In this document: piece by piece, positions 1 to 6,712 of the stretch | Layout of the letters: every line of letters starts with the position of its first letter | How positions within the stretch are numbered: position 1 is the stretch's first letter | NCBI RefSeq assembly: GCF_028745515.1 | Contig: NZ_JAQZSG010000031.1 | Coordinates: forward strand, 21,856 to 45,855 | Source of the DNA: Paenibacillus thermotolerans | GTDB lineage: Bacteria; Bacillota; Bacilli; Paenibacillales; YIM-B00363 | DNA length: 24,000 nucleotides | Reading direction: 5' to 3' | Translations under genes and position numbers: made by a program | Notes under the pieces: model-generated | Seen by the model: only the letters and a program-made list of their open reading frames with translations | Databases searched by the model: none | Told to the model about the DNA's origin: nothing

Positions 1-831
1 CAGCGCGTTGTCATAGAGCATTTTTTCAAAGTGAGGCACCAGCCACGCTTCGTCGGTGGAATAACGCGCAAACCCGAAGCCGATATGGTCGTAAATGCCG
101 CCGCGGTGCATGACGTCCAGCGTCTTCTCCACCATATCGAGCGCCTGATCTTCCCCGGTTAACGCATAGTAACGCAGCAGAAACAACAAATTATGAGGCG
201 TCGGAAATTTAGGCGCATCCCCGAAGCCGCCGTGTTCCGCGTCGAACAGCTGCGTATACATGACGTACGCCTCGTCGAGCGTCATTTCCGACACTTCGCC
301 TTTGAGCCGGGTAATGGACCGCTGGGCGGTATGCTCCGCCACCGTTTCGCCGGCTTGAAGCACTTCTTCGCGGGAGCCGCGCCACTTTTGTGCGAGCTGA
401 GCCAATATTTCCATTAAGCCGTGACGACCGAATTTCCGCGTCTTCGGAAAATAAGTGCCCGCAAAAAAAGGCTTCTTCTCCGGCGTCATGACGATCGTGA
501 GCGGCCACCCGCCGTGCCCCGTCATCGCCTGACACACCGCCATATATAAATTGTCGACGTCAGGGCGCTCCTCCCGGTCGACTTTGATCGCTACATAGTC
601 TCGATTCAAAAGCTCGGCGACCTCGTCATCCTCGAACGATTCCCGCTCCATGACGTGGCACCAATGGCAGGTGGAATAGCCGATCGATAAAAAAACCGGT
701 TTATTTTCAAGCTTCGCTTTATCAAAAGCTTCGTCAGACCAAGGAAACCAATCCACCGGATTATAGGCGTGCTGCAGCAAGTATGGCGATTTTTCTTTGG
801 CTAAGCGGTTAGGCTTCTTGCTCGTTGACAT
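1..831 (-). CDS. thioredoxin-domain protein, YyaL/DUF255 family (N-terminal 277 aa; C-terminus lies beyond the window edge)
   Basis: Absent from the ORF track because it runs off the edge. Reverse translation from the ATG at 831-829 reads [93 protein letters not shown]... and stays open to position 1 (exactly 277 codons). [13 protein letters not shown] and CHWCHVM are hallmark motifs of this family. Confidence 0.9.
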   Translation of the reverse strand, partial: MSTSKKPNRLAKEKSPYLLQHAYNPVDWFPWSDEAFDKAKLENKPVFLSIGYSTCHWCHVMERESFEDDEVAELLNRDYVAIKVDREERPDVDNLYMAVCQAMTGHGGWPLTIVMTPEKKPFFAGTYFPKTRKFGRHGLMEILAQLAQKWRGSREEVLQAGETVAEHTAQRSITRLKGEVSEMTLDEAYVMYTQLFDAEHGGFGDAPKFPTPHNLLFLLRYYALTGEDQALDMVEKTLDVMHRGGIYDHIGFGFARYSTDEAWLVPHFEKMLYDNAL

Positions 832-1029
832 AGGTCACCAACCCTTTGCTTTGGGTATTTTTGGTTATATTCACTTATCATAACCCACAACATAAAGAAA
901 AACCCATGGGAAAAGCATGAGTTCATTAATACCTTCACTTCTCTTGACATGTAAAAAGGAGCCCCGCGTTCATCGCCATTACCGTAAACCGATTCGTTCG
1001 GCCGCGCGGCTAATATCAGGGTTCTATTC

Positions 1030-1719
1030 CTACACATTCAGGCGGTATCCGACTCCCCAAATCGTTTCGATATATTGCGGCTTGGCGGGATTCGGTTCAA
1101 TTTTCTCCCGCAGTTTACTAACATGCACCGTGACAGTAGCGATGTCTCCCAAGGAATCCATACCCCATATTTTTTCGAATAGCTCGTCTTTGCTGAACAC
1201 ATGATTGGGATTGTGCGCCAAAAAGAGAAGCAGATCGTATTCCTTGGAAGTCAGCTGCGCTTCGGATTCGTTGACGAATACTTTTCGGGAGCGCTTGTCG
1301 ATATGAATGGCCCCGATTCGGAGCTCATCTTTTTTAAACGCGGCGGTTTGCGTCAACCGTTCATATCGGGCGAGATGCGCCTTAACTCTTGCGACCAATT
1401 CTCCCATTTGAAACGGCTTGGTCACGTAATCGTCCGCGCCGAGACCGAGAGCGCGGATTTTATCGATCTCCTCTTTCTTGGAGGAGACGACGAGGATCGG
1501 TATGTTTTTGCTTCGGCGAACGTGCCGGCAAATTTCAAAGCCGTTCGTCTTGGGAAGCAATAAATCGAGAACGATCAGGTCGTAATCTTCCGTAGACGCT
1601 TTTTGCAGGCCGATGTCTCCGCTTTGCGCGATATCGACCCGAAATCCGCTCGCTTCCAAATAATCTTTTTCCACTTCCGCAATGACGTCTTCGTCTTCAA
1701 TGATTAAAATCCGTTTCAT
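1030..1719 (-). CDS. OmpR-family response regulator (receiver plus winged-helix DNA-binding domain)
   Basis: 229-aa ORF. The receiver domain reads MKRILIIEDE...DLIVLDLLLP...VSSK. The C-terminus (LTSKEYDLLLFLAHNPNHVFSKDELFEKIWG...IETIWGVGYRL) is typical of OmpR/PhoB output domains. Its start overlaps the upstream kinase stop by 4 nt (ATGA). Confidence 0.95.
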   Translation of the reverse strand: MKRILIIEDEDVIAEVEKDYLEASGFRVDIAQSGDIGLQKASTEDYDLIVLDLLLPKTNGFEICRHVRRSKNIPILVVSSKKEEIDKIRALGLGADDYVTKPFQMGELVARVKAHLARYERLTQTAAFKKDELRIGAIHIDKRSRKVFVNESEAQLTSKEYDLLLFLAHNPNHVFSKDELFEKIWGMDSLGDIATVTVHVSKLREKIEPNPAKPQYIETIWGVGYRLNV

Positions 1720-3200
1720 GACCGACCACCTTCCGCCCCGAACTTTTTGCGTAATGTAAAGGAAACGGTTGTTCCCTCCCCGACTATGCTTTTCGCCCGA
1801 ATCGTTCCGCCATGCTCCTCCACGATTTGTTTTACGATAGCAAGTCCTAAACCGCTGCCCCCGGTCAATGTGTTTCTCGACGGCTCCACCCGGTAAAATC
1901 GATCAAAGATGTAAGGAAGAACCTTCTCGTCAATTCCAATCCCATTGTCTTGCACGTTGACCGTCACTTCTTCCTCTTCCCGATCCAGCAGCTCGATTCG
2001 AATGACTTTGGGATCTCTGACCGTATATTTAAAGCTGTTATCTACAAGGTTGATCAACACTCTGCGCAGCTTCTCCTTATCGGCCATCACATAAACCGGA
2101 CGGTCTTCGTCGCTGCGGAAGTCTATCCTTATCCCCTGATTTTGAGGGACTAGCCGAAGCTCCTCCACAAAGTCGCGCAAATAGGCCGAGAGATCGATGC
2201 TAACAAAATGAAACGGCAAACGCTTCAAATCAAGCTTGGAAAATAAAAATAACTCATCGATTAAATAGTCCATTTCCGTTGCTTTTTTGTAAATCATCTT
2301 CAAATATTTATCGCGCTTTTCGGCAGTGTCGGCAATTCCGTCAAAAATGCCCTCGATACACGCCTTTATTCCGGTTATCGGCGTTTTTAAATCATGAGAA
2401 ATACTCGAGATCAGCTCTTTTCGGTTTTCTTCGTACTGAAGCTGAATTTGAAGGGATTGTTTCAACCGCCGCCTCATTTCTTCGAAAGCAGCGCCGAGTT
2501 GTCCGATTTCATCATTTTTTCGCACTTTCAATCGATGATCGAGGTCTCCCTCTTGAATATGTTCGGCCGCTTGCTTCAGTGCAAATAAGGGTCTGATGAT
2601 GCTTCGGGAAACAAGGTAAGTTAACAGGCCGTTCGTCAGTCCGATGGCGAGAAGCAGAGAAACAATAACGGCGGGGAAAAATTTCGTTATAAATCCGATA
2701 AACTGCGTAACGTCTGTGAGAACATAGACGGTTCCGGAAGTGCGGTTGCCGAGCGTGAAATCAATCCGTTCCACTGAATATCGGTCGTTGCCGTTGTCGC
2801 CCCAGCGGCTCGTATCCAACTGCTTAAGCCGGGCATATAGATCATCGCGATCCGCTAAAGAAGACGCGAATGTTATGCGATCGTTCGTCACGACGATAAG
2901 CCCCGTCTGCAGCGGCTTCAGCTGTTCGTCGGTTTTTGTTAAAAATGTATCGTCCGCCAATAGATCGGGGTCATATTGAGCAATAAATCGGATTCCGGCA
3001 AGCAATTCATTTTTTTTGTCAAATGATTCTATAACGGATTGAAACCATTCTTTACCGATATTTTCGTTATTCACATCCCCAAGTGCTTTGATATCCTTGA
3101 AAAACACTGCAGCGAGCAAAGCGGCGAAGAGAGAAAAAATAACGATAGGGACTAAAATCATCGCAAAGTAAGAAACCAATAGCTTGAACCGGATGGACAT
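1716..3200 (-). CDS. membrane sensor histidine kinase (2 TM, extracytoplasmic loop, HAMP, HisKA, HATPase_c)
   Basis: 494-aa ORF. It has hydrophobic segments near the N-terminus and around FPAVIVSLLLAIGLTNGLLTYLV, and a HAMP-like region (IIRPLFALKQAAEHIQEGDLDHRL). The H-box is SSISHDLKTPIT, the N-box LINLVDNSFKYT, and the G-boxes DNGIGI and GGSGLGLAIVK. RBS AAGGGGA lies 7 nt upstream of the ATG at 3200. Confidence 0.95.
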   Translation of the reverse strand: MSIRFKLLVSYFAMILVPIVIFSLFAALLAAVFFKDIKALGDVNNENIGKEWFQSVIESFDKKNELLAGIRFIAQYDPDLLADDTFLTKTDEQLKPLQTGLIVVTNDRITFASSLADRDDLYARLKQLDTSRWGDNGNDRYSVERIDFTLGNRTSGTVYVLTDVTQFIGFITKFFPAVIVSLLLAIGLTNGLLTYLVSRSIIRPLFALKQAAEHIQEGDLDHRLKVRKNDEIGQLGAAFEEMRRRLKQSLQIQLQYEENRKELISSISHDLKTPITGIKACIEGIFDGIADTAEKRDKYLKMIYKKATEMDYLIDELFLFSKLDLKRLPFHFVSIDLSAYLRDFVEELRLVPQNQGIRIDFRSDEDRPVYVMADKEKLRRVLINLVDNSFKYTVRDPKVIRIELLDREEEEVTVNVQDNGIGIDEKVLPYIFDRFYRVEPSRNTLTGGSGLGLAIVKQIVEEHGGTIRAKSIVGEGTTVSFTLRKKFGAEGGRS

Positions 3201-3383
3201 AAGAAAATCCCCTTACGTTAAGGTTCGTATCGAGGGTTACAAACCATTCTCCGCTAAGATTCATTCAGCATATCTCGTTACATTTTATACTTTTTTTAGA
3301 CTTTATTTAAGGACAATTTGAAAACGGAAATTAAGATAAAGGTCGGAAGTGATATTCTCGACTAAAACGAAGAGGTGATTGGA

Positions 3384-4076
3384 ATGAAAGATTTGAAGTA
3401 TAACCTGATTTTTCGCCGCGTTGCGGCAATATTCCTGATCGTCGGCAGCGCTGCCGTGCTCGTATTTCGCGGTTTGCATGGAGACCTTCCGGCAGGAGAT
3501 GCTCATGCCGCCATGCAATTCATCGTTTCGCATCCGTTTTATAAGGGAGTCCACCTTGGAGCCGTGGTCGGCGTCATGCTCTCGGTCATCGGATTCGTTG
3601 CGTTCTCTTTCACCCTTACCGACAAGTACGCCGCGACGGTTAGCTGGCTTGCAACGGCCATTATGCTTGTAGGGGCGGCCGTGCACATCGTCGAGCACAC
3701 CATCGACGGGCATGCCGGACAGACGCTCGCCGGGTTGTGGCATGCTTCCTCTCATGCGGAGCAGGCGAATATCGAACACTCCGCCGGTACGGTGTTCGTA
3801 GCTCTTCACGGCCCCGCGCTTGTATCGGTCAGTATGCTATGGGGCTTTTCCGTTCTTCTGTTTGCGCGGGCGGCGAAGCTTGAAAACTATCCCTCGTGGT
3901 TCTATTGGTCGGGATTGGCCGCAGGAAGTATAACCTTCATCAGTGCCCTTTCACAATACCTTCACCCGGATCTGATTCCCGGATTTCTTATTTTCGGCAT
4001 GCTTGTGTTCCTCGTACAGCTCTGGACCATCTTGCTCGGTTTCATCTTGCTACGGCAGGGAAAGTTGGATTCGTGA
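3384..4076 (+). CDS. hypothetical polytopic membrane protein (family not recognised)
   Basis: The track ORF 3375..4076 begins at GTG. The ATG at 3384 is better placed, 6 nt after RBS AAGAGGTGA. The translation contains several long hydrophobic stretches (VAAIFLIVGSAAVLVF, LGAVVGVMLSVIGFVAFSF, WLATAIMLVGAAV, MLWGFSVLLFA, GFLIFGMLVFLVQLWTILLGFILL). It is divergent from the two-component operon. Confidence 0.7.
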   Translation: MKDLKYNLIFRRVAAIFLIVGSAAVLVFRGLHGDLPAGDAHAAMQFIVSHPFYKGVHLGAVVGVMLSVIGFVAFSFTLTDKYAATVSWLATAIMLVGAAVHIVEHTIDGHAGQTLAGLWHASSHAEQANIEHSAGTVFVALHGPALVSVSMLWGFSVLLFARAAKLENYPSWFYWSGLAAGSITFISALSQYLHPDLIPGFLIFGMLVFLVQLWTILLGFILLRQGKLDS

Positions 4077-4089
4077 TGGCGTATATGGA

Positions 4090-4130
4090 GACGGCCGCTC
4101 GGCTTGAAAGCCGGCGGCCGTTATAGGTTT
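4090..4130 (+). terminator. GC-rich hairpin plus T-rich tail between convergent genes
   Basis: ACGGCCGCTCGGCTT-gaa-AGCCGGCGGCCGT (4090-4120, one bulge) is followed by TATAGGTTTTCACTGGTTTTT. It sits 14 nt after the stop of the 3384..4076 gene. Confidence 0.45.
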
Positions 4131-4144
4131 TCACTGGTTTTTCA

Positions 4145-4747
4145 TTATGCTCTGTATTTCTTAATCAAATCAACGAACGCATTGACGAACGTTTGAAGGA
4201 ATGTAACGGTTCCCTCGTCTTGAATCTTACCGTTATCGTCCAACAGTTCGGCAACGTTCCCGATATAAGCCTCCGGTTGTTGGAGGACGGGCATATTCAA
4301 AAATACCAGAGGTTGGCGCAAATGATGGTTTGCACCGAATGCACTCAGCTTACCCGGCGAGTTGCTAATAATTGCCGCAGGTTTGCCATCCCACACACTT
4401 GCACCATAAGGACGGGAGCCTACATCCAGCGCGTTCTTCAATACTGCCGGTACTGAGCGGTTGTATTCGGGGGTTACAAACAATACAGCGTCGATTTCCT
4501 TCATTTTATTTCGGAAAGCGGTATATTCTGCTGGAACCCGATTTTCATCATCAAAGTCTTGATTATACAGAGGCATCTCAATATTAATCACCTCCGTTGT
4601 AAATCCTTCGGGGAATAATGCTGTAACATTCGCTGCAAGTTTTTTCGAAAAGGATTCTTTCCGCAAACTACCAACCAATACGCTAATACGCCGACCCTTG
4701 TCATTAAGCCTTCCTCCAGTAATCGTGAAAGTGAAGTCTACAAGCAA
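4145..4747 (-). CDS. NAD(P)H-dependent FMN reductase family oxidoreductase (start codon problematic, see finding)
   Basis: The 200-aa maximal ORF starts at TTG 4747. The core ISVLVGSLRKESFSKKLA...VLFVTPEYNRSVPAVLKNALD...GKPAAIIS matches the flavodoxin-like FMN reductase pattern (GSxRxxSxN, PEYN). The well-placed RBS plus ATG (GGAGG 4717-4713, ATG 4704-4702) is out of frame with this core. Confidence 0.8.
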   Translation of the reverse strand: MLVDFTFTITGGRLNDKGRRISVLVGSLRKESFSKKLAANVTALFPEGFTTEVINIEMPLYNQDFDDENRVPAEYTAFRNKMKEIDAVLFVTPEYNRSVPAVLKNALDVGSRPYGASVWDGKPAAIISNSPGKLSAFGANHHLRQPLVFLNMPVLQQPEAYIGNVAELLDDNGKIQDEGTVTFLQTFVNAFVDLIKKYRA

Positions 4748-4816
4748 TTACCGGAATAGCCTTCCCTCCATACTGGAAATCATGCTTTCGAAAAAACAAA
4801 CCGTATTCCGTGCTGC

Positions 4817-4857
4817 AAAAAAAGAGAAACTCATGCCTGTTAGACATGAGTTTCTCT
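4817..4857 (-). terminator. rho-independent terminator of the gerP-like operon
   Basis: Perfect 13-bp stem AGAGAAACTCATG (4823-4835) / CATGAGTTTCTCT (4845-4857) with a 9-nt loop. On the minus strand it is followed by a run of seven T (plus-strand A-run 4817-4823). It lies 34 nt after the stop at 4891. Confidence 0.65.
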
Positions 4858-4890
4858 TCGTTCTTTCAAAGGCTCGCTCCGCTTCATGAT

Positions 4891-5127
4891 TTAAAATGCG
4901 CTCGTTTTTCCTGTATTGCTGTCCAATACGTCCGGATCCGTAACGTTGGAAATCGGCAAGCTCAGAGGCGACAAATCGCCGTTTAATTCCGATACCGCCT
5001 GATTCCGTTTATAAGAAACCACTTTGTCGATAATTTGAACCGCTCCTGCATTGATGAGCGATCCATTATCGACGGTATTGATTTTAAATGCAAAAACATT
5101 GACCGCTGTCGGAGTAAAGAAAATCAT
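4891..5127 (-). CDS. small GerPA/GerPF-family spore germination protein paralogue (4th gene of operon)
   Basis: 78 aa from the ATG at 5127 (RBS GGAGGG 6 nt upstream; the track start at 5133 abuts the RBS). It reads MIFFTPTAVNVFAFKINTVDNGSLINAGAVQ...SYKRNQAVSELNGDLSP...NVTDPDVLDSN. This follows the GerPA/GerPF pattern (I/V)(K/R)IN(T)(I/V)..(S/G)S.(V/I)..G ... GD ... D.D(V/I).D. Confidence 0.8.
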   Translation of the reverse strand: MIFFTPTAVNVFAFKINTVDNGSLINAGAVQIIDKVVSYKRNQAVSELNGDLSPLSLPISNVTDPDVLDSNTGKTSAF

Positions 5128-5148
5128 CCTCATCCCTCCAATGGATAA

Positions 5149-5382
5149 TCATACAATGCTGTTCTTAATCGTATTGGCATCGATAAGATCGGTATCCGAA
5201 ACCCATGAAAGGGACATCGTAATCGGCGACAAATCTCCGTTGTTTTCACCGATTCCCTGATTACGCTTATAGGACACGAATATATCGATGTGCTGGCTCG
5301 GACCCATAGTTACAACAGCCGAGTTATCGATGGTATTGATTTTAAAGCCAAGCATATTTACGTCCATCGGAGCAAAGGTCAT
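5149..5382 (-). CDS. small GerPA/GerPF-family spore germination protein paralogue (3rd gene)
   Basis: 77 aa, with RBS GGGAGGA 8 nt upstream of the ATG at 5382. It reads MTFAPMDVNMLGFKINTIDNSAVVTMGPSQ...SYKRNQGIGENNGDLSP...SDTDLIDANTI. This is close in pattern to B. subtilis GerPA as I recall it (..IRINT.SGSSVV.IGDS...NTGD...D.DI.DQN). Confidence 0.8.
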   Translation of the reverse strand: MTFAPMDVNMLGFKINTIDNSAVVTMGPSQHIDIFVSYKRNQGIGENNGDLSPITMSLSWVSDTDLIDANTIKNSIV

Positions 5383-5411
5383 TGGGGCAATCCTCCCGTA
5401 ACCGATCGCAG

Positions 5412-5639
5412 CTAACGATCATTTTTTACCGTGAACTTATCCATAACGTCTTCATCCAGTGTCATATGAATCGTGCCGACGCGAATGGCCCTATCCGCAT
5501 GCTGTTGGCCGAAGCCCTGCGTTTTTTTTGCGTACACGTTTCGATTGATCTTTTGATTTTGTCCGATCGAAACGTTGCTTAACTGGTCCACGTTGTTCAG
5601 TTTCATGATGCCGATATTCACACTCGTCTGCTCGAACAT
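5412..5639 (-). CDS. small GerP-like protein, divergent paralogue (2nd gene)
   Basis: 75 aa from the internal ATG at 5639 of track ORF 5412..5852. The longer N-terminus overlaps the upstream gene in another frame. It reads MFEQTSVNIGIMKLNNVDQLSNVSIGQNQ...AKKTQGFGQQ...LDEDVMD. RBS AAGGAGAAAGGG overlaps the upstream stop codon. Confidence 0.7.
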   Translation of the reverse strand: MFEQTSVNIGIMKLNNVDQLSNVSIGQNQKINRNVYAKKTQGFGQQHADRAIRVGTIHMTLDEDVMDKFTVKNDR

Positions 5640-5658
5640 GCGACATATCCCTTTCTCC

Positions 5659-5910
5659 TTAAGGTAATGGCGTCCGCCCCGCATCGAAGGTCGATATCGA
5701 GTCGAATTGGTCCCGGTCGTCCACAAAGCTTCTCGTGGCGCAAAAAGCGCTGTCGTCTCCCATATTTTGTCCCCAGCCCATTGTCTTTTTGTCCGAATTA
5801 TGCCATTCCGCCAATAAATTTTGACCGACATTGATCGCCGACGCATTTTCAAAGGAATTAACTTTGATGATATGAATATTGATCACGATTCGGGGGGAAG
5901 GATCCGTCAT
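5659..5910 (-). CDS. small GerP-like protein, divergent paralogue (1st gene)
   Basis: 83 aa from the ATG at 5910, with RBS GAAGGAGG 9 nt upstream (track start 5970 has no RBS). It reads MTDPSPRIVINIHIIKVNSFENASAINVGQN...SDKKTMGWGQNMGDDS...VDDRDQFD, the same N-terminal beta-strand-like motif as the other three. Confidence 0.7.
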   Translation of the reverse strand: MTDPSPRIVINIHIIKVNSFENASAINVGQNLLAEWHNSDKKTMGWGQNMGDDSAFCATRSFVDDRDQFDSISTFDAGRTPLP

Positions 5911-6121
5911 TGCCGTTAGCCTCCTTCGCTGACGAATAAAAATCGGCCCGTATGTTAATAGGTATTCCAAGTCGAAGGAGTCGATTACTGTTTGCCGATT
6001 TTCTCTTACCGGAACATGTAAATCCTATTTTCATAATAAAATTGTGTATGCGATGCTTTTATGTTTAGCCTCATGTATATCATTGTCGATCGTCCCGAAC
6101 CGAAGTTGGAGGTTAAGACAT

Positions 6122-6583
6122 ATGGATTTCAATAAGATGAACAAATGGATGGAGCTTGCGAAAAAGTTTCAACAAGGTTCGTTTTGGGACGATGTGCTCG
6201 AGAACGTCTCTACCAAGGAATTGATGGAGCAATTATCGAATTCGCCCGGCAATAAGCCTTCCAAAATCGAGTTTCCTTCTGTCGACATATACAAGAGAAA
6301 TCAGGATTTGATCGTAGTGATCGACCTTCCCGGCGTCCGAAAGGAGGACATTGAAATATCGGTCGCGGACTATACGCTGCATGTGAAAGGCGTATCGAAC
6401 CGCAATCACTGCAATTTGGCCCATATTCATAAAGAAAGGTTCAGCGGGGAATTTGAACGTACGGTTACATTGCCTGAGGCGGTTCGGCCGGGTGCGAAAA
6501 TATCGGCGAAGTACGAGTACGGCACAGTTGAAATCATCATACCGTGCACTCCGACAACCATCGGAAAAATCGTAATCGAGTGA
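6122..6583 (+). CDS. Hsp20/alpha-crystallin family small heat-shock protein (possibly spore-coat type)
   Basis: 153 aa from the ATG at 6122, with RBS GGAGG 9 nt upstream. The alpha-crystallin domain reads PSVDIYKRNQDLIVVIDLPGVRKEDIEISVADYTLHVKG...ERFSGEFERTVTLPEAV...ISAKYEYGTVEIIIP. The track's earlier GTG at 6044 lacks an RBS. Confidence 0.9.
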   Translation: MDFNKMNKWMELAKKFQQGSFWDDVLENVSTKELMEQLSNSPGNKPSKIEFPSVDIYKRNQDLIVVIDLPGVRKEDIEISVADYTLHVKGVSNRNHCNLAHIHKERFSGEFERTVTLPEAVRPGAKISAKYEYGTVEIIIPCTPTTIGKIVIE

Positions 6584-6597
6584 ATGGTCAAAAGGAA

Positions 6598-6620
6598 GGG
6601 AGACACCCACGGTGTCCCCC
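6598..6620 (-). terminator. hairpin that may terminate the 6704..7762 gene
   Basis: GGGAGACACC-cac-GGTGTCCCCC (one bulge). On the minus strand it is followed by TTCCTTTTG. There is no T-run on the plus strand. Confidence 0.35.
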
Positions 6621-6676
6621 TGAATACTTGAAAGATATGCTGGCGCATGATATCGTTTATGAAGGAGTTGTTTTCC

Positions 6677-6712
6677 AGACCGTGCCTTTGCGACAGGTGC
6701 GGTCTATTTTTT
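6677..6712 (+). terminator. rho-independent terminator for hsp20, overlapping the stop codon of the convergent gene
   Basis: An 11-bp stem 6677-6687 / 6695-6705 (AGACCGTGCCT / AGGTGCGGTCT, two G-U pairs) with a 7-nt loop, followed by A and TTTTTT (6707-6712). Confidence 0.5.

Noticed and set aside
3303-3809. A 168-aa minus-strand ORF overlapping the 3384..4076 membrane-protein gene.
   Set aside because: The plus-strand frame has a well-spaced RBS and coherent TM helices. The minus-strand translation is hydrophilic, low-complexity, and has no start context.
5412-5970. The long N-terminal extensions of track ORFs 5412..5852 (146 aa) and 5659..5970 (103 aa).
   Set aside because: The extensions overlap the upstream paralogue in another frame or lack an RBS. 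Internal ATGs at 5639 and 5910 have good RBSs and give about 75-83 aa products matching the paralogue size.
5951-5972. A sigma-K-like promoter (AC-N16-CATA) upstream of the gerP-like operon.
   Set aside because: Only the minimal AC and CATA parts match, and the downstream TA of the CATA---TA -10 consensus is missing. The evidence is too weak to annotate as a feature. It is mentioned only as a testable hint.
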